The notes under the pieces were generated by a model that worked only from the letters and a program-made list of their open reading frames with translations, had not been told where the DNA came from and searched no databases. The translations under genes were made by a program, and so were the position numbers. Source: Clostridia bacterium (lineage in GTDB: Bacteria > Bacillota > Clostridia > Christensenellales > Aristaeellaceae). From it: a stretch of DNA of 57,773 nt. Each line of letters opens with the position of its first letter. The stretch's first letter is position 1. Shown here one piece after another: positions 25,257 to 34,943 of the stretch. Location: the NCBI GenBank assembly GCA_017436605.1, contig JAFSCW010000125.1, positions 1 through 57,773 on the forward strand. The letters run 5' to 3'.

Positions 25257-26178
25257 GGCCTGCGCCTCCCTTCTCCTTGTGCCTGCGGGCAAAGAACTTC
25301 GCGCGCCAATGCGGCGTCGCCAGGAACACCGCGACGACCAGCGCCGTCAGCAGCTTGAGGTCGTTGGTATTCAGGCCCATCCACAGGACGATCTGAATGA
25401 CGATGTAATACATGATCGCGCCGATGCACACAGCCAGAAGCTTGAAGCCAAAGTTCGTGAAGATCTTCGAGAAGACGACCTCGCCGATGATGACCGCGGC
25501 AAGGCCGATCACGATCGCGCCGCGGCCCATGCTTACGTCCGCAAATCCCTGAAACTGCGCCAGCAGGCCGCCGGCGAGCGCCACAATGCCATTGGCCAGC
25601 ATGAGGCTGAGGACGATATTCTTGTCGGTGTTGATGCCCTGGGCGCGCGCCATCGCGCGGTTTGCGCCCGTCGCGCGCAGCGAGCAGCCCAGCTCCGTGC
25701 CGAAGAACCAGTACAGCACGGCAATCAGGCAGATCGCAAACAGGGTCAGCACGAGGATGGGATTCTCCAGACTGAGCGTACGCGCATTGCGGGAGGACAC
25801 CAGCAGGTCGTACTTGTTGACGCTCAGGGCGACATTCGCCTTGCCGCCGAGAATGCGCAGATTGACCGAATACAGCGCAAGCTGCGTCAGGATGCCGGAG
25901 AGAATGGCCGGGATGCCGCAGAAGGTATGGAACACGCCCGTCACCAGGCCGCACAGCATGCCCACGACAAACGCCGCCAGCAGCGCCGCCCATACGTTCC
26001 AGCCGCTGATGATCAGCATCGCAGCCACGGCGCCGCCGGTCGCGATGGAACCGTCGACCGTCAGATCCGACACATCCAGAATCCTGTAGGTGATATACAC
26101 GCCGATGGCCATCAGACCCCAGATCAGGCCCTGGGATATCGCGCCGGGCAATGCGTTAAACAGCTTGAAAATCTCCAC
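25249..26178 (-). CDS. ABC transporter permease (COG4120-type)
   Basis: Multi-TM sequence ...QGLIWGLMAIGVYITYRIL... A GTG start at 26178 behind GAGGAGGA is proposed; the ATG at 26226 is the alternative. Confidence 0.85.
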   Translation of the reverse strand: MEIFKLFNALPGAISQGLIWGLMAIGVYITYRILDVSDLTVDGSIATGGAVAAMLIISGWNVWAALLAAFVVGMLCGLVTGVFHTFCGIPAILSGILTQLALYSVNLRILGGKANVALSVNKYDLLVSSRNARTLSLENPILVLTLFAICLIAVLYWFFGTELGCSLRATGANRAMARAQGINTDKNIVLSLMLANGIVALAGGLLAQFQGFADVSMGRGAIVIGLAAVIIGEVVFSKIFTNFGFKLLAVCIGAIMYYIVIQIVLWMGLNTNDLKLLTALVVAVFLATPHWRAKFFARRHKEKGGAGRA

Positions 26179-26274
26179 GGAGAAGGTCCTCCTCGTCGCT
26201 TTTTGGTTCTTCGCAAGTGAAGCCAAGGAAGAATTCCTTCTTCCTTGGCTTATAGGTTTTTCGTTCTTCCCCGG

Positions 26275-27210
26275 TTACTCGCCGATGGCGACATAGCCTT
26301 CCGGAATCGCAAGACCCAGCGCCTCGACGTTCGCGGCGTTGTACTTCTTGACGAACTGCGGAGCGTACTCGATGGGCATCGCGGAGACGTCGGCGCCATT
26401 GGCCAGGATCTCGTAGGCCATCAGGCCGGTCGCGTAGCCGATGTCGTAGTAGCTGATGGTCAGCGTCGCAACGCCGCAGCCGGAGCAGATGCCTTCCTCG
26501 CCGGCGATGACCGGAACCTTTGCCGGGATCACTTCATTGGCGATGGTCTCGGTGTAGGCGGCGGCGGTGTTATCGGTCGGAATGTAGATCACGTCGGATT
26601 CGCTGGCGGCCAGCGCGGAGACGGAAGCGACGTCGTTGGAATCGGTGAAGGCGTACTCGGTCGCGGTATAGCCCATCGCCTCGAGCTCAGCGGCGACGAC
26701 CTGCACCTGGTAGATGGAGTTCGCCTCGGCGGAGCAGTAGAGGAGGCCGACGTTCTTGGCGTCCGGGAAGAGCTCCTTGACCATCGCGGCCTGCTCGTTC
26801 AGCGGGGCGAGGTCGGAGGTGCCGGAGACGTTCATGCCGGTCACGCCGGTGAAGCCGTCGATATCCAGCGCCACGCCGTATTCGGTGATGGAGGTCGCAA
26901 GGATCGGGATATCGCCGGTCGCGGCGACGGCAGCCTGCAGCGCCGGAGTCGCATTGGCCATGATCAGATCAACGCCATTGGAGACAAAGGTGTTGGCGAT
27001 GGTCGCGCAGTTGACCGCGTCGCCGGAAGCGTTCTGCTCGTCAAATTCGACGTCGGGCATCTTTTCGCTCAGCGCATCCTTAAAGCCCTGCGTAGCCTGA
27101 TCGAGCGCGGCATGCTGTACCAGCTGGCAGATGCCGACGGTCGCCGCGCTGGCGCAGGCGGTCATCGCCACCATCATGAGCACGAGAGCGAGTGTTGCGA
27201 GCTTCTTCAT
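26275..27210 (-). CDS. ABC transporter substrate-binding lipoprotein (ABC_sub_bind/COG2984 family)
   Basis: MKKLATLALVLMMVAMTAC is a lipobox-like signal. The following ...VGICQLVQHAALD... is typical of this family. Confidence 0.85.
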   Translation of the reverse strand: MKKLATLALVLMMVAMTACASAATVGICQLVQHAALDQATQGFKDALSEKMPDVEFDEQNASGDAVNCATIANTFVSNGVDLIMANATPALQAAVAATGDIPILATSITEYGVALDIDGFTGVTGMNVSGTSDLAPLNEQAAMVKELFPDAKNVGLLYCSAEANSIYQVQVVAAELEAMGYTATEYAFTDSNDVASVSALAASESDVIYIPTDNTAAAYTETIANEVIPAKVPVIAGEEGICSGCGVATLTISYYDIGYATGLMAYEILANGADVSAMPIEYAPQFVKKYNAANVEALGLAIPEGYVAIGE

Positions 27211-27253
27211 AAGTCATGTCCTCCAATACGTTTCTTTCAAAAAGTGTAATGCC

Positions 27254-27282
27254 ATTATATTTCGGTAAAGCCTATTTGTCAA
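27254..27282 (-). promoter_or_regulatory. Consensus promoter of the COG2984 ABC operon
   Basis: Minus strand: TTGACA (27282-27277), 17-nt spacer, TATAAT (27259-27254). Confidence 0.75.
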
Positions 27283-27483
27283 TAGCAATTTTTCAATATT
27301 TCTTCGATTTTCAAAATTTATTATCAGAATTATTCAATATCAGATTGACAATTTGTCTTTGAATTTACTTCCTATTTGTCAACTATCATTGCATACACAT
27401 AACCGATAGCCGCATGCAGCGCTCATCTTTTTATCCCTCGCGGAGTCCCGCAGCGCATTCCCCGCGAAATTCCCCTGTCATCA

Positions 27484-27520
27484 TAACCAAAGAAGCGGCG
27501 GAGGCCTGTGCCTCCGCCGC
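27484..27520 (-). terminator. gdhA terminator
   Basis: GCGGCGGAGGC-4 nt-GCCTCCGCCGC followed on the minus strand by TTCTTTGGTT. Confidence 0.7.
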
Positions 27521-27533
27521 AGAATGATTCCGA

Positions 27534-28880
<1,347 letters not shown>

Positions 28881-28930
28881 CTATATATCCAATCGTTTTC
28901 GGTATTTCCGCTTAAGAATTCGACCCGTTC

Positions 28931-28959
28931 ATTATAGGGGATCTTTTCCATTTTTGCAA
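28931..28959 (-). promoter_or_regulatory. gdhA promoter
   Basis: Minus strand: TTGCAA (28959-28954), 17-nt spacer, TATAAT (28936-28931). Confidence 0.7.
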
Positions 28960-29050
28960 GACCTTTTTATCAAATTTTCTCTTTCTTTCATTTTTCTTCA
29001 TTATTCTTCATGTTTTTGCAGATAACAAACATTTATAAACCGATTTCAAG

Positions 29051-29087
29051 CAAAAAGAAACCATCCCGCGCAAAGCGGGACGGTTTC
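29051..29087 (-). terminator. Terminator of the hydrolase-oxidoreductase operon
   Basis: GAAACCGTCCCGC-5 nt-GCGGGATGGTTTC followed by TTTTTG on the minus strand. Confidence 0.8.
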
Positions 29088-29125
29088 CCCTTTTTATTCG
29101 GGCATCCTCTTTGATCCCTTTTTCC

Positions 29126-30190
29126 TCACAGATAGCGCTCCGCGGCGATCTCCGCGCCCTCGTGCGCCGCCCGCGTCAGCAGGATGGCCATGTAGCTGTC
29201 GCGCATGCCCCAATCAAGCGGATAATGCCGCTCACCGCCGCGAACCGCCCGGCCCATCCTCATAAGCACCGTACTCACCGCGATGTCATCCTCGGTCATC
29301 GCCACATCCGCAGGGAACGGATTCTCATAGACGCGTCTGCCGTCGAAGTCGATGGCGCGCACCGTACCGGTGATCTCATCCCTGTGATACACAAGCCGCG
29401 CGACGGCGGGACGGTTGTCCTCGCGCAGATAACGCACCTCGTCGTCGAACATCTCGCCGCGCGTGCCCAGCACGCGCATATGGTTTGAGCGGATGGCGCT
29501 GTGATACTGCGTGCCGGAGAAATCATACAGGCCCGAGCGTCCGTCGCCGTAGTCAAACTGCGCCAGCGTCCGGTTTTCCGCGCCCATTTCGCCGTCGGTA
29601 TGATAGCCCGCGCGGCTGCCCGTTACGACGATGGGGTTTTCGAGCATGCGCGCGCGGATGGTCACCGGGCCGCTTTCCTCGCCCAGATAGGCGCGCAGCA
29701 TGCTGATGCCGTGATAATCGTGCATCATGTTCATCCATACGTTCTGCACTTCGCCCAGCACGCCGCTGTTTACGACCGCGCGCCGCGCCTGATGGGTCGG
29801 ATAGAGGAAGTACTGCTCCGCCAGATCCAGCACGACGCCCTTCTCCGCCTGCTTTTTCATGAGCGCTTCGAGCGTGTCCTCGTCGATGGCATAGGGCGTT
29901 TCGCTCAGCACGTTCATGCCCCGCTCCATGAGCGCAAGCGTCATGTCGGAAATCGCCTTTTTCGTCTGGCAGGAAACCACGAACTCCGGCTTCGTCTCCA
30001 GCAGCGCGTCCATCTCATAGAACGTCGGCACGCCGTATTCCGCGGCGAAGGCTTCCGCCTTTTCCCGGCTGCGCAGGAGCACGCCCGTCAGTTCAAACAG
30101 CGCCGGCAGGTTCTTCGCCGCGCGGACAAAGAACAGCGCGCGCCAGCCATTGCCGACCACGGCAAAGCGGATTTTCTCTTTCACGTTCAT
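29126..30190 (-). CDS. Gfo/Idh/MocA-family NAD(P)-dependent oxidoreductase
   Basis: N-terminal Rossmann signature IRFAVVGNGWRA. Family-like length of 354 aa. Confidence 0.85.
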   Translation of the reverse strand: MNVKEKIRFAVVGNGWRALFFVRAAKNLPALFELTGVLLRSREKAEAFAAEYGVPTFYEMDALLETKPEFVVSCQTKKAISDMTLALMERGMNVLSETPYAIDEDTLEALMKKQAEKGVVLDLAEQYFLYPTHQARRAVVNSGVLGEVQNVWMNMMHDYHGISMLRAYLGEESGPVTIRARMLENPIVVTGSRAGYHTDGEMGAENRTLAQFDYGDGRSGLYDFSGTQYHSAIRSNHMRVLGTRGEMFDDEVRYLREDNRPAVARLVYHRDEITGTVRAIDFDGRRVYENPFPADVAMTEDDIAVSTVLMRMGRAVRGGERHYPLDWGMRDSYMAILLTRAAHEGAEIAAERYL

Positions 30191-31158
30191 TTCGCCTTGT
30201 CCTCCTCGTTCAGATAAGCCATAACCTTGCTCACATACTCCCCGAGAACCGCATCATGGGCACAGTACAGCTCATGCTTGGAATCAAACCGTTCCAGCCT
30301 TCCCTCGTGGGCTCTCTTCACAAATGCCTCCTGCTCCTTCAAGCCGACAATCGTGTCCTGCATCGCCTGGCAGAGCATGAACGGCGTGCGGATGGTATGC
30401 GCGCGGGCAAGCAGCGGCTCCGTGACGCCCGCCGCCTCGCGGACCCAGCTGTAGGTCGGGCTGCAGTTCTGCAGTTCCTTCCTCGCGCAGCGCTTTTTCT
30501 GGTAATATTCAAACCGGGCGCGGCTCGTGTCAAACGAGGTTTCGAATTTCTCCCGCGCCGGATCGAAGGGCTTGCCCACGAACGCGCGCTCCTTCCCCCT
30601 GCCCAGCAGGCAGAAGACGCTGCCCATGAGCTTTGCCGCCCTGCGCGGCAGCGGCGCCGTCACCGGAGCGATCATCGGCGCATTGAGCACCGCGCGCCGG
30701 AACCAGAGCGGATGCTCGATCAGCGCGAACGCGCCCAGCGCGCCGCCCATCGAATGGGCAAAGAGATACAGCGGCATATCGCCCATGCGCGGATGGACGA
30801 TCTTGTCCATGAATTCCTCGAGGTCGCGCAGATAATCCGCAAAGCGATTCACATGCGTCACCGACCAGTCCTCGACCTCGCGCACGCTTTTACCATGTCC
30901 GCGGTGATCCATGGCAAAGACGGAAAAGCCGCTGCTGACGAAATACCATGCCATTTCGCGCAGCTTCTCCGCCGATTCGGTATAGCCGTGCAGCATCACA
31001 ACCGCCTTTTTCGCGTCGAAGCGGTTGTAAATCTCGCAGTGCAGCGTCCCGCCGGAAGAAAGAGGCATGTCGATCTCCTCTCTCATCGCAGCAAGGCCCG
31101 GCTCCACGACCTTTTCCATCATCTTTTCATACTGTGTTTCCCGGATGATTTTGACCAT
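30187..31158 (-). CDS. Alpha/beta hydrolase (lysophospholipase/monoglyceride-lipase-like)
   Basis: HGYTES...DHRGHGKS...FAHSMGG nucleophile elbow. The stop overlaps the downstream start by 4 nt. Confidence 0.85.
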   Translation of the reverse strand: MVKIIRETQYEKMMEKVVEPGLAAMREEIDMPLSSGGTLHCEIYNRFDAKKAVVMLHGYTESAEKLREMAWYFVSSGFSVFAMDHRGHGKSVREVEDWSVTHVNRFADYLRDLEEFMDKIVHPRMGDMPLYLFAHSMGGALGAFALIEHPLWFRRAVLNAPMIAPVTAPLPRRAAKLMGSVFCLLGRGKERAFVGKPFDPAREKFETSFDTSRARFEYYQKKRCARKELQNCSPTYSWVREAAGVTEPLLARAHTIRTPFMLCQAMQDTIVGLKEQEAFVKRAHEGRLERFDSKHELYCAHDAVLGEYVSKVMAYLNEEDKAK

Positions 31159-31214
31159 CTGTCCGCCTCCGTCCGCATAGGATACTCAGTGTTCTTGATT
31201 GTGATTATTATAAC

Positions 31215-31242
31215 GCAAAAAAGCCCCTCCTTCAAGGAGGGG
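31215..31242 (-). terminator. Terminator of the XRE / membrane-protein pair
   Basis: GCCCCTCCT-3 nt-AGGAGGGGC followed by TTTTTT on the minus strand. Confidence 0.8.
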
Positions 31243-31266
31243 CCCCATCATATTCCGCCCATGTTT

Positions 31267-31668
31267 TCAATACTTTCTGCGGAGAATGAAATTGCTTCCA
31301 ACGTACAGCAGCATCACCAGACAGGCGCTCCTGGCCGCCATCTGCGTCATCAGGTCGTCTCCCGCAAGCCTGTAAATCATGCTCGCCGCAGTGGCAATGA
31401 ATACATAAGAATAGCCCGCCCAGGCCCATGCTCTTCCCGCGATAAACCGATTACGTTCATCCCCAGCTTCCACATCCACATGCGCCTTGTAGGCTTTGTC
31501 TGTTTCATAGCGGATATGGCGGATCATCTGAAGGACGCCAACGACAAACAAGACTGTACCCATGCCGTTCCAGTAGTCATCCGCCATCCCGGCATAATAT
31601 GCTCCCATCAGCGCCGCGCCGATCACGATCCAGCAGATGCTGGCAATCATTCTTTTTTTGTGGTTCAT
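31267..31668 (-). CDS. Small membrane protein (4 predicted TM segments) co-transcribed with the XRE regulator
   Basis: 133 aa with a hydrophobic pattern. RBS AAGGAGGA. It starts 12 nt after the regulator's stop codon. Confidence 0.7.
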   Translation of the reverse strand: MNHKKRMIASICWIVIGAALMGAYYAGMADDYWNGMGTVLFVVGVLQMIRHIRYETDKAYKAHVDVEAGDERNRFIAGRAWAWAGYSYVFIATAASMIYRLAGDDLMTQMAARSACLVMLLYVGSNFILRRKY

Positions 31669-31679
31669 ACGTTCCTCCT

Positions 31680-31883
31680 TTATGTCTGTTCGTCTGAATC
31701 ATCAAAGATTGCCTCGATCGGCATCCCAAAGTACCGCGCGAGCCTAAACGCCAGCGACAGGGAAGGATTATATTTCCCCTTCTCCAGCGAAATCACGGTC
31801 TGCCGCGATACACCCAGCGCCTGCGCCAGGTCCTCCTGACGGATGCCCTTTTCTTTTCTCAGCATTTCCAGTCTGTTCTTCAT
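31680..31883 (-). CDS. Short XRE-family HTH regulator
   Basis: [52 protein letters not shown] is a classic HTH_3 / small Cro-like signature. The start could be 31895. Confidence 0.85.
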   Translation of the reverse strand: MKNRLEMLRKEKGIRQEDLAQALGVSRQTVISLEKGKYNPSLSLAFRLARYFGMPIEAIFDDSDEQT

Positions 31884-31925
31884 GGTATGCCCCATTTCTA
31901 AAAGTCAAGCTTGCTTTACATCCAT

Positions 31926-31954
31926 AGTATAAAATAAGCCTGCAGAAATGTCAA
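31926..31954 (-). promoter_or_regulatory. Promoter of the XRE operon, with its -35 inside the upstream terminator loop
   Basis: Minus strand: TTGACA (31954-31949), 17-nt spacer, TATACT (31931-31926). An 18-bp direct repeat GTCAAGCTTGYTTTACAT lies at 31904-31921 and 31950-31967 (plus strand). Confidence 0.65.
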
Positions 31955-31977
31955 GCTTGTTTTACATTTCTGCAGGC
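31929..31977 (-). terminator. Terminator of the nitroreductase gene
   Basis: GCCTGCAGAAATG-14 nt-CATTTCTGCAGGC followed by TTATTTTAT on the minus strand. Confidence 0.75.
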
Positions 31978-31989
31978 TGTATTCTTGTG

Positions 31990-32739
31990 TTATTTGCCCT
32001 CGCACCATTCCTGAATCATCTGCGCGGCGGAGCGGCTCATCTCGCGGCTGAAATCGCAGTTCCACTTGCGCTTGGTGAACGCCATGATCCAGCGGTCGAA
32101 CGCCTCGTCGTCCAGGCCCTGGCGCTCCTTGAGCATGGAAATCATCTCCTGCGCGCCCTGCTCCTGCTTGTAGCAGTTCTCGTGCACGACGTCCTCGAGC
32201 TTAAAGCGCGGCGGCTTCTTGCGCTCGATCTGGGATGCCGTGGGCTTTCCGAACACGGCCATCGCCACCGGCTTGACGTATTCCGGCAGGCCGAGGATTT
32301 CGCGCTGCGTGTCGCAGTGCTCGATGATATCGCCGATATAGCAGGAGCCATAGCCCAGCGCATCGGCGGCAACGACGGTCGCATGCGCGGCGATGATGGT
32401 ATCGGCGGTGGCAAGCATGAAATCGCCCGTCGCCGGGATACGCAGCTCCTCACCCAGATCCAGCGTCTTGAAGACCTCGAACCAGCGGCGGTAGTCCGCG
32501 CAGAACACGAGCACCAGCGGCGCCGTCGCGATGAAGGGCTGGTTATCGCAGGACTTCGAAAGCGCCAGCTTCTTCTCCGGGTCGGTCACGTTGATGATCG
32601 TCCACAGGGTCATGTTGCCCGCGCTGGGTGCCTGCACGGCGGCATTCACGATCGCTTCCACGTCCTCGCGCGGCATCGGCTCCTGCACAAACTGGCGTAC
32701 GCTCTTGCGTTCCATAAGCAGCTTGATGGTTTCATTCAT
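31990..32739 (-). CDS. Nitroreductase-family protein
   Basis: MNETIKLLMERKSVRQF...AAVQAPSAGNMTLW... is a nitroreductase signature. The start overlaps the rsmI stop by 8 nt. Confidence 0.85.
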   Translation of the reverse strand: MNETIKLLMERKSVRQFVQEPMPREDVEAIVNAAVQAPSAGNMTLWTIINVTDPEKKLALSKSCDNQPFIATAPLVLVFCADYRRWFEVFKTLDLGEELRIPATGDFMLATADTIIAAHATVVAADALGYGSCYIGDIIEHCDTQREILGLPEYVKPVAMAVFGKPTASQIERKKPPRFKLEDVVHENCYKQEQGAQEMISMLKERQGLDDEAFDRWIMAFTKRKWNCDFSREMSRSAAQMIQEWCEGK

Positions 32740-33634
32740 CGTCGTCTTCCTCCTCAACGAATTCATATTCGGACATCAGGTCATCCAGAAAGCGCTGCAC
32801 GTTCGTGCGCGCCCTGTATACGTCGTTGCGCTTGTGGCCGCGCTCGGTCAGCGTCATCGAGGCCTGGCGCAGATCAAAGCCATTGAGCAGCTCCTCAAAG
32901 AGCTGGGCTTCCAGACTCGCGCTGCTGTTCTCCCTCTCCTCAGGCAGCTGCACATCGCCCATATCCAGCACGAGGCAGTACTCGCCCTTTTCGGCCTTGG
33001 CATTGCTTTCGAGCATGCAAAGAACCTCTTCCGCCGTGCCGCGGATGGTTTTTTCATAGAGCTTGGTCAGATCGCAGCTGGCGGAAATCCGGCAGCCGGG
33101 GAGCGTTTCGCAAACCGTACGCACGAGCTCGATCACCCTGTGCGGGCTCTCGTGCACGACGCCGATGGGCACGCCGCCTCGCTTCATCGACAGCAGCTTC
33201 TCGCGCAGCTCCTTTTTCTGCCGGGGCAGGAAGCCATAGAACGCAAACTCGCGCGTGTCAAAGCCGCTGACGGAAAGCGCGCTGGCCATGGCTGTCGGGC
33301 CCGGCACGGCGAGCACCTCGATGCCAAGCGCCGCAGCCTCGCGCGCCAGCACGCTGCCCGGATCGCTGATGCAGGGCGTGCCCGCGTCGGTCACAATCGC
33401 GACATCAAGATCCTCCTCGATCATTCTCTGCGGTAGCGACGCCGCGCGGTGTTCCTCGTTATGCTGATGGTTGGACACGCACGGCGTATCAATCCCGAAG
33501 TGATTGAGCAGCGCGCGCGTCACGCGCGTATCCTCCGCCGCGATCAGGTCGACGCTTTTGAGCGTCTCGATCGCGCGCGGGGTCATATCGGAAAGATTGC
33601 CAATCGGCGTGGCAACGACGTAGAGTTTGGGCAT
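32732..33634 (-). CDS. rsmI: 16S rRNA (cytidine1402-2'-O)-methyltransferase
   Basis: MPKLYVVATPIGNLSDMTPRAIETLKSVDLIAAEDTR is the tetrapyrrole-methylase-like RsmI signature. It has an acidic C-terminal tail. Confidence 0.93.
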   Translation of the reverse strand: MPKLYVVATPIGNLSDMTPRAIETLKSVDLIAAEDTRVTRALLNHFGIDTPCVSNHQHNEEHRAASLPQRMIEEDLDVAIVTDAGTPCISDPGSVLAREAAALGIEVLAVPGPTAMASALSVSGFDTREFAFYGFLPRQKKELREKLLSMKRGGVPIGVVHESPHRVIELVRTVCETLPGCRISASCDLTKLYEKTIRGTAEEVLCMLESNAKAEKGEYCLVLDMGDVQLPEERENSSASLEAQLFEELLNGFDLRQASMTLTERGHKRNDVYRARTNVQRFLDDLMSEYEFVEEEDDDE

Positions 33635-33685
33635 GTTTTCCTCCTTGGGAACGTTAGGGCTGCCATTCTTGGGGATTGCATCTCC

Positions 33686-33838
33686 AAACCCCAGCCTGGG
33701 GATATCATCCCTCAGACTTCCGGGGAACTCGCATAGTCGCGCAAACGCTCCTTGCGATTCCCGACGTTTCGCCTGCCTGTTTCCGCCACTGGCAGCGGCA
33801 GGCTTCAGTCCCTTCTTCGCTTCGCGGCGGTTTTAAGC
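33686..33838. repeat. REP-like family A, copy 1 (two blocks split by about 93 nt of other hairpins)
   Basis: Block 33686-33717 AAACCCCAGCCTGGGGATATCATCCCTCAGAC resembles 50207-50238. Block 33811-33838 CCTTCTTCGCTTCGCGGCGGTTTTAAGC resembles 50239-50266. Confidence 0.7.
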
Positions 33839-33944
33839 AAATTGATCTTATTTCCTTCGCCGTGCGCATGCGCACAGCGAGGATGGGCGCAGGGACAATG
33901 TCCCTGCCAGGGGCACAGGGACAGCGTCCCTATACGTTCCCTTT

Positions 33945-34943
33945 TTACAGCTTCACGCAGCCGCGCAGCATCGCGCTGCGGCTTCTCGCGTTAATTTCGA
34001 TTTCTTCCCTGCTCGGCTTCACGCCGCCTCCTCCGAGCACCTTGATGATCGGCTTTTTACCGCAGATGCATACGGGAATCCTCGGCGGGCAGGTGCAGGG
34101 GTTGGCCATCCGTCTGAACGTCTGCTTGACGATGCGGTCTTCCAGGGAATGGAAGGTGATCACCGCCAGCTGGCCGCTGGGATTCAGAAGATCCGCCATA
34201 TCCTCCAGCGCCCTGTGCAGCGGATCGAGCTCGTCGTTGACCGCGATGCGCAGCGCCTGGAAGGTGCGACGCGCGCTGTGGCCGCTGTCCTGCATGCGGA
34301 TCTTTTTGGGAATCGCCGCATCGACGCAGGCGACCAGATCCGCAGTCGTCTCCAGCGGCTTTTTCGCCCTGTGCTCGAGGATGATCTCCGCGATGCGCAC
34401 GGCCCATTTCTCCTCCGAATAATCGCGCAGGATGCGTACCAGTTCGTCCTTGGGCCATGTGTTCACGATATCCGCCGCCGTCAGCGTCTGATCCTGATCC
34501 ATGCGCATATCCAGCGGCGCGTCGGCATGATAGGAAAAGCCGCGCTCCGCGGTATCGAGCTGATAAGAACTCACGCCCAGATCGATCATCATGCCATCGA
34601 TCTTCTCAACACCCTTTTCGGCGAGCAGCGCGCGCACATCGTGGAAATTGCCCTTGATCGCCGTGAAGTTGCCCGCGCTGCCCAGACGCGCCGTCGCCGC
34701 GGCGAGCGCATCGTTGTCGCGGTCGATGCCATAGAGATGGCCCGTGCCGCCGAGCCTGCGCAGGATTTCCGCGCTGTGGCCGCCTCCGCCGAGCGTTCCG
34801 TCGACATAGACGCCGCCTTCGCGGACGTTCAGCATATCGACCGTCTCCTCGAGCATGACGCTCAGATGGCGGAACTGCTCGCCCTCCTGCTGCGCCTTCT
34901 GGCTTTCAACCTGTTCGGTCTTCGTTTCAAATGACATCTGCAA
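33945..34943 (-). CDS. rsmH: 16S rRNA (cytosine1402-N4)-methyltransferase
   Basis: ...HLSVMLEETVDMLNVREGGVYVDGTLGGGGHSAEIL... is the MraW signature. The 5' end overlaps the folC stop, so the exact start is uncertain. Confidence 0.92.
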   Translation of the reverse strand: MQMSFETKTEQVESQKAQQEGEQFRHLSVMLEETVDMLNVREGGVYVDGTLGGGGHSAEILRRLGGTGHLYGIDRDNDALAAATARLGSAGNFTAIKGNFHDVRALLAEKGVEKIDGMMIDLGVSSYQLDTAERGFSYHADAPLDMRMDQDQTLTAADIVNTWPKDELVRILRDYSEEKWAVRIAEIILEHRAKKPLETTADLVACVDAAIPKKIRMQDSGHSARRTFQALRIAVNDELDPLHRALEDMADLLNPSGQLAVITFHSLEDRIVKQTFRRMANPCTCPPRIPVCICGKKPIIKVLGGGGVKPSREEIEINARSRSAMLRGCVKL

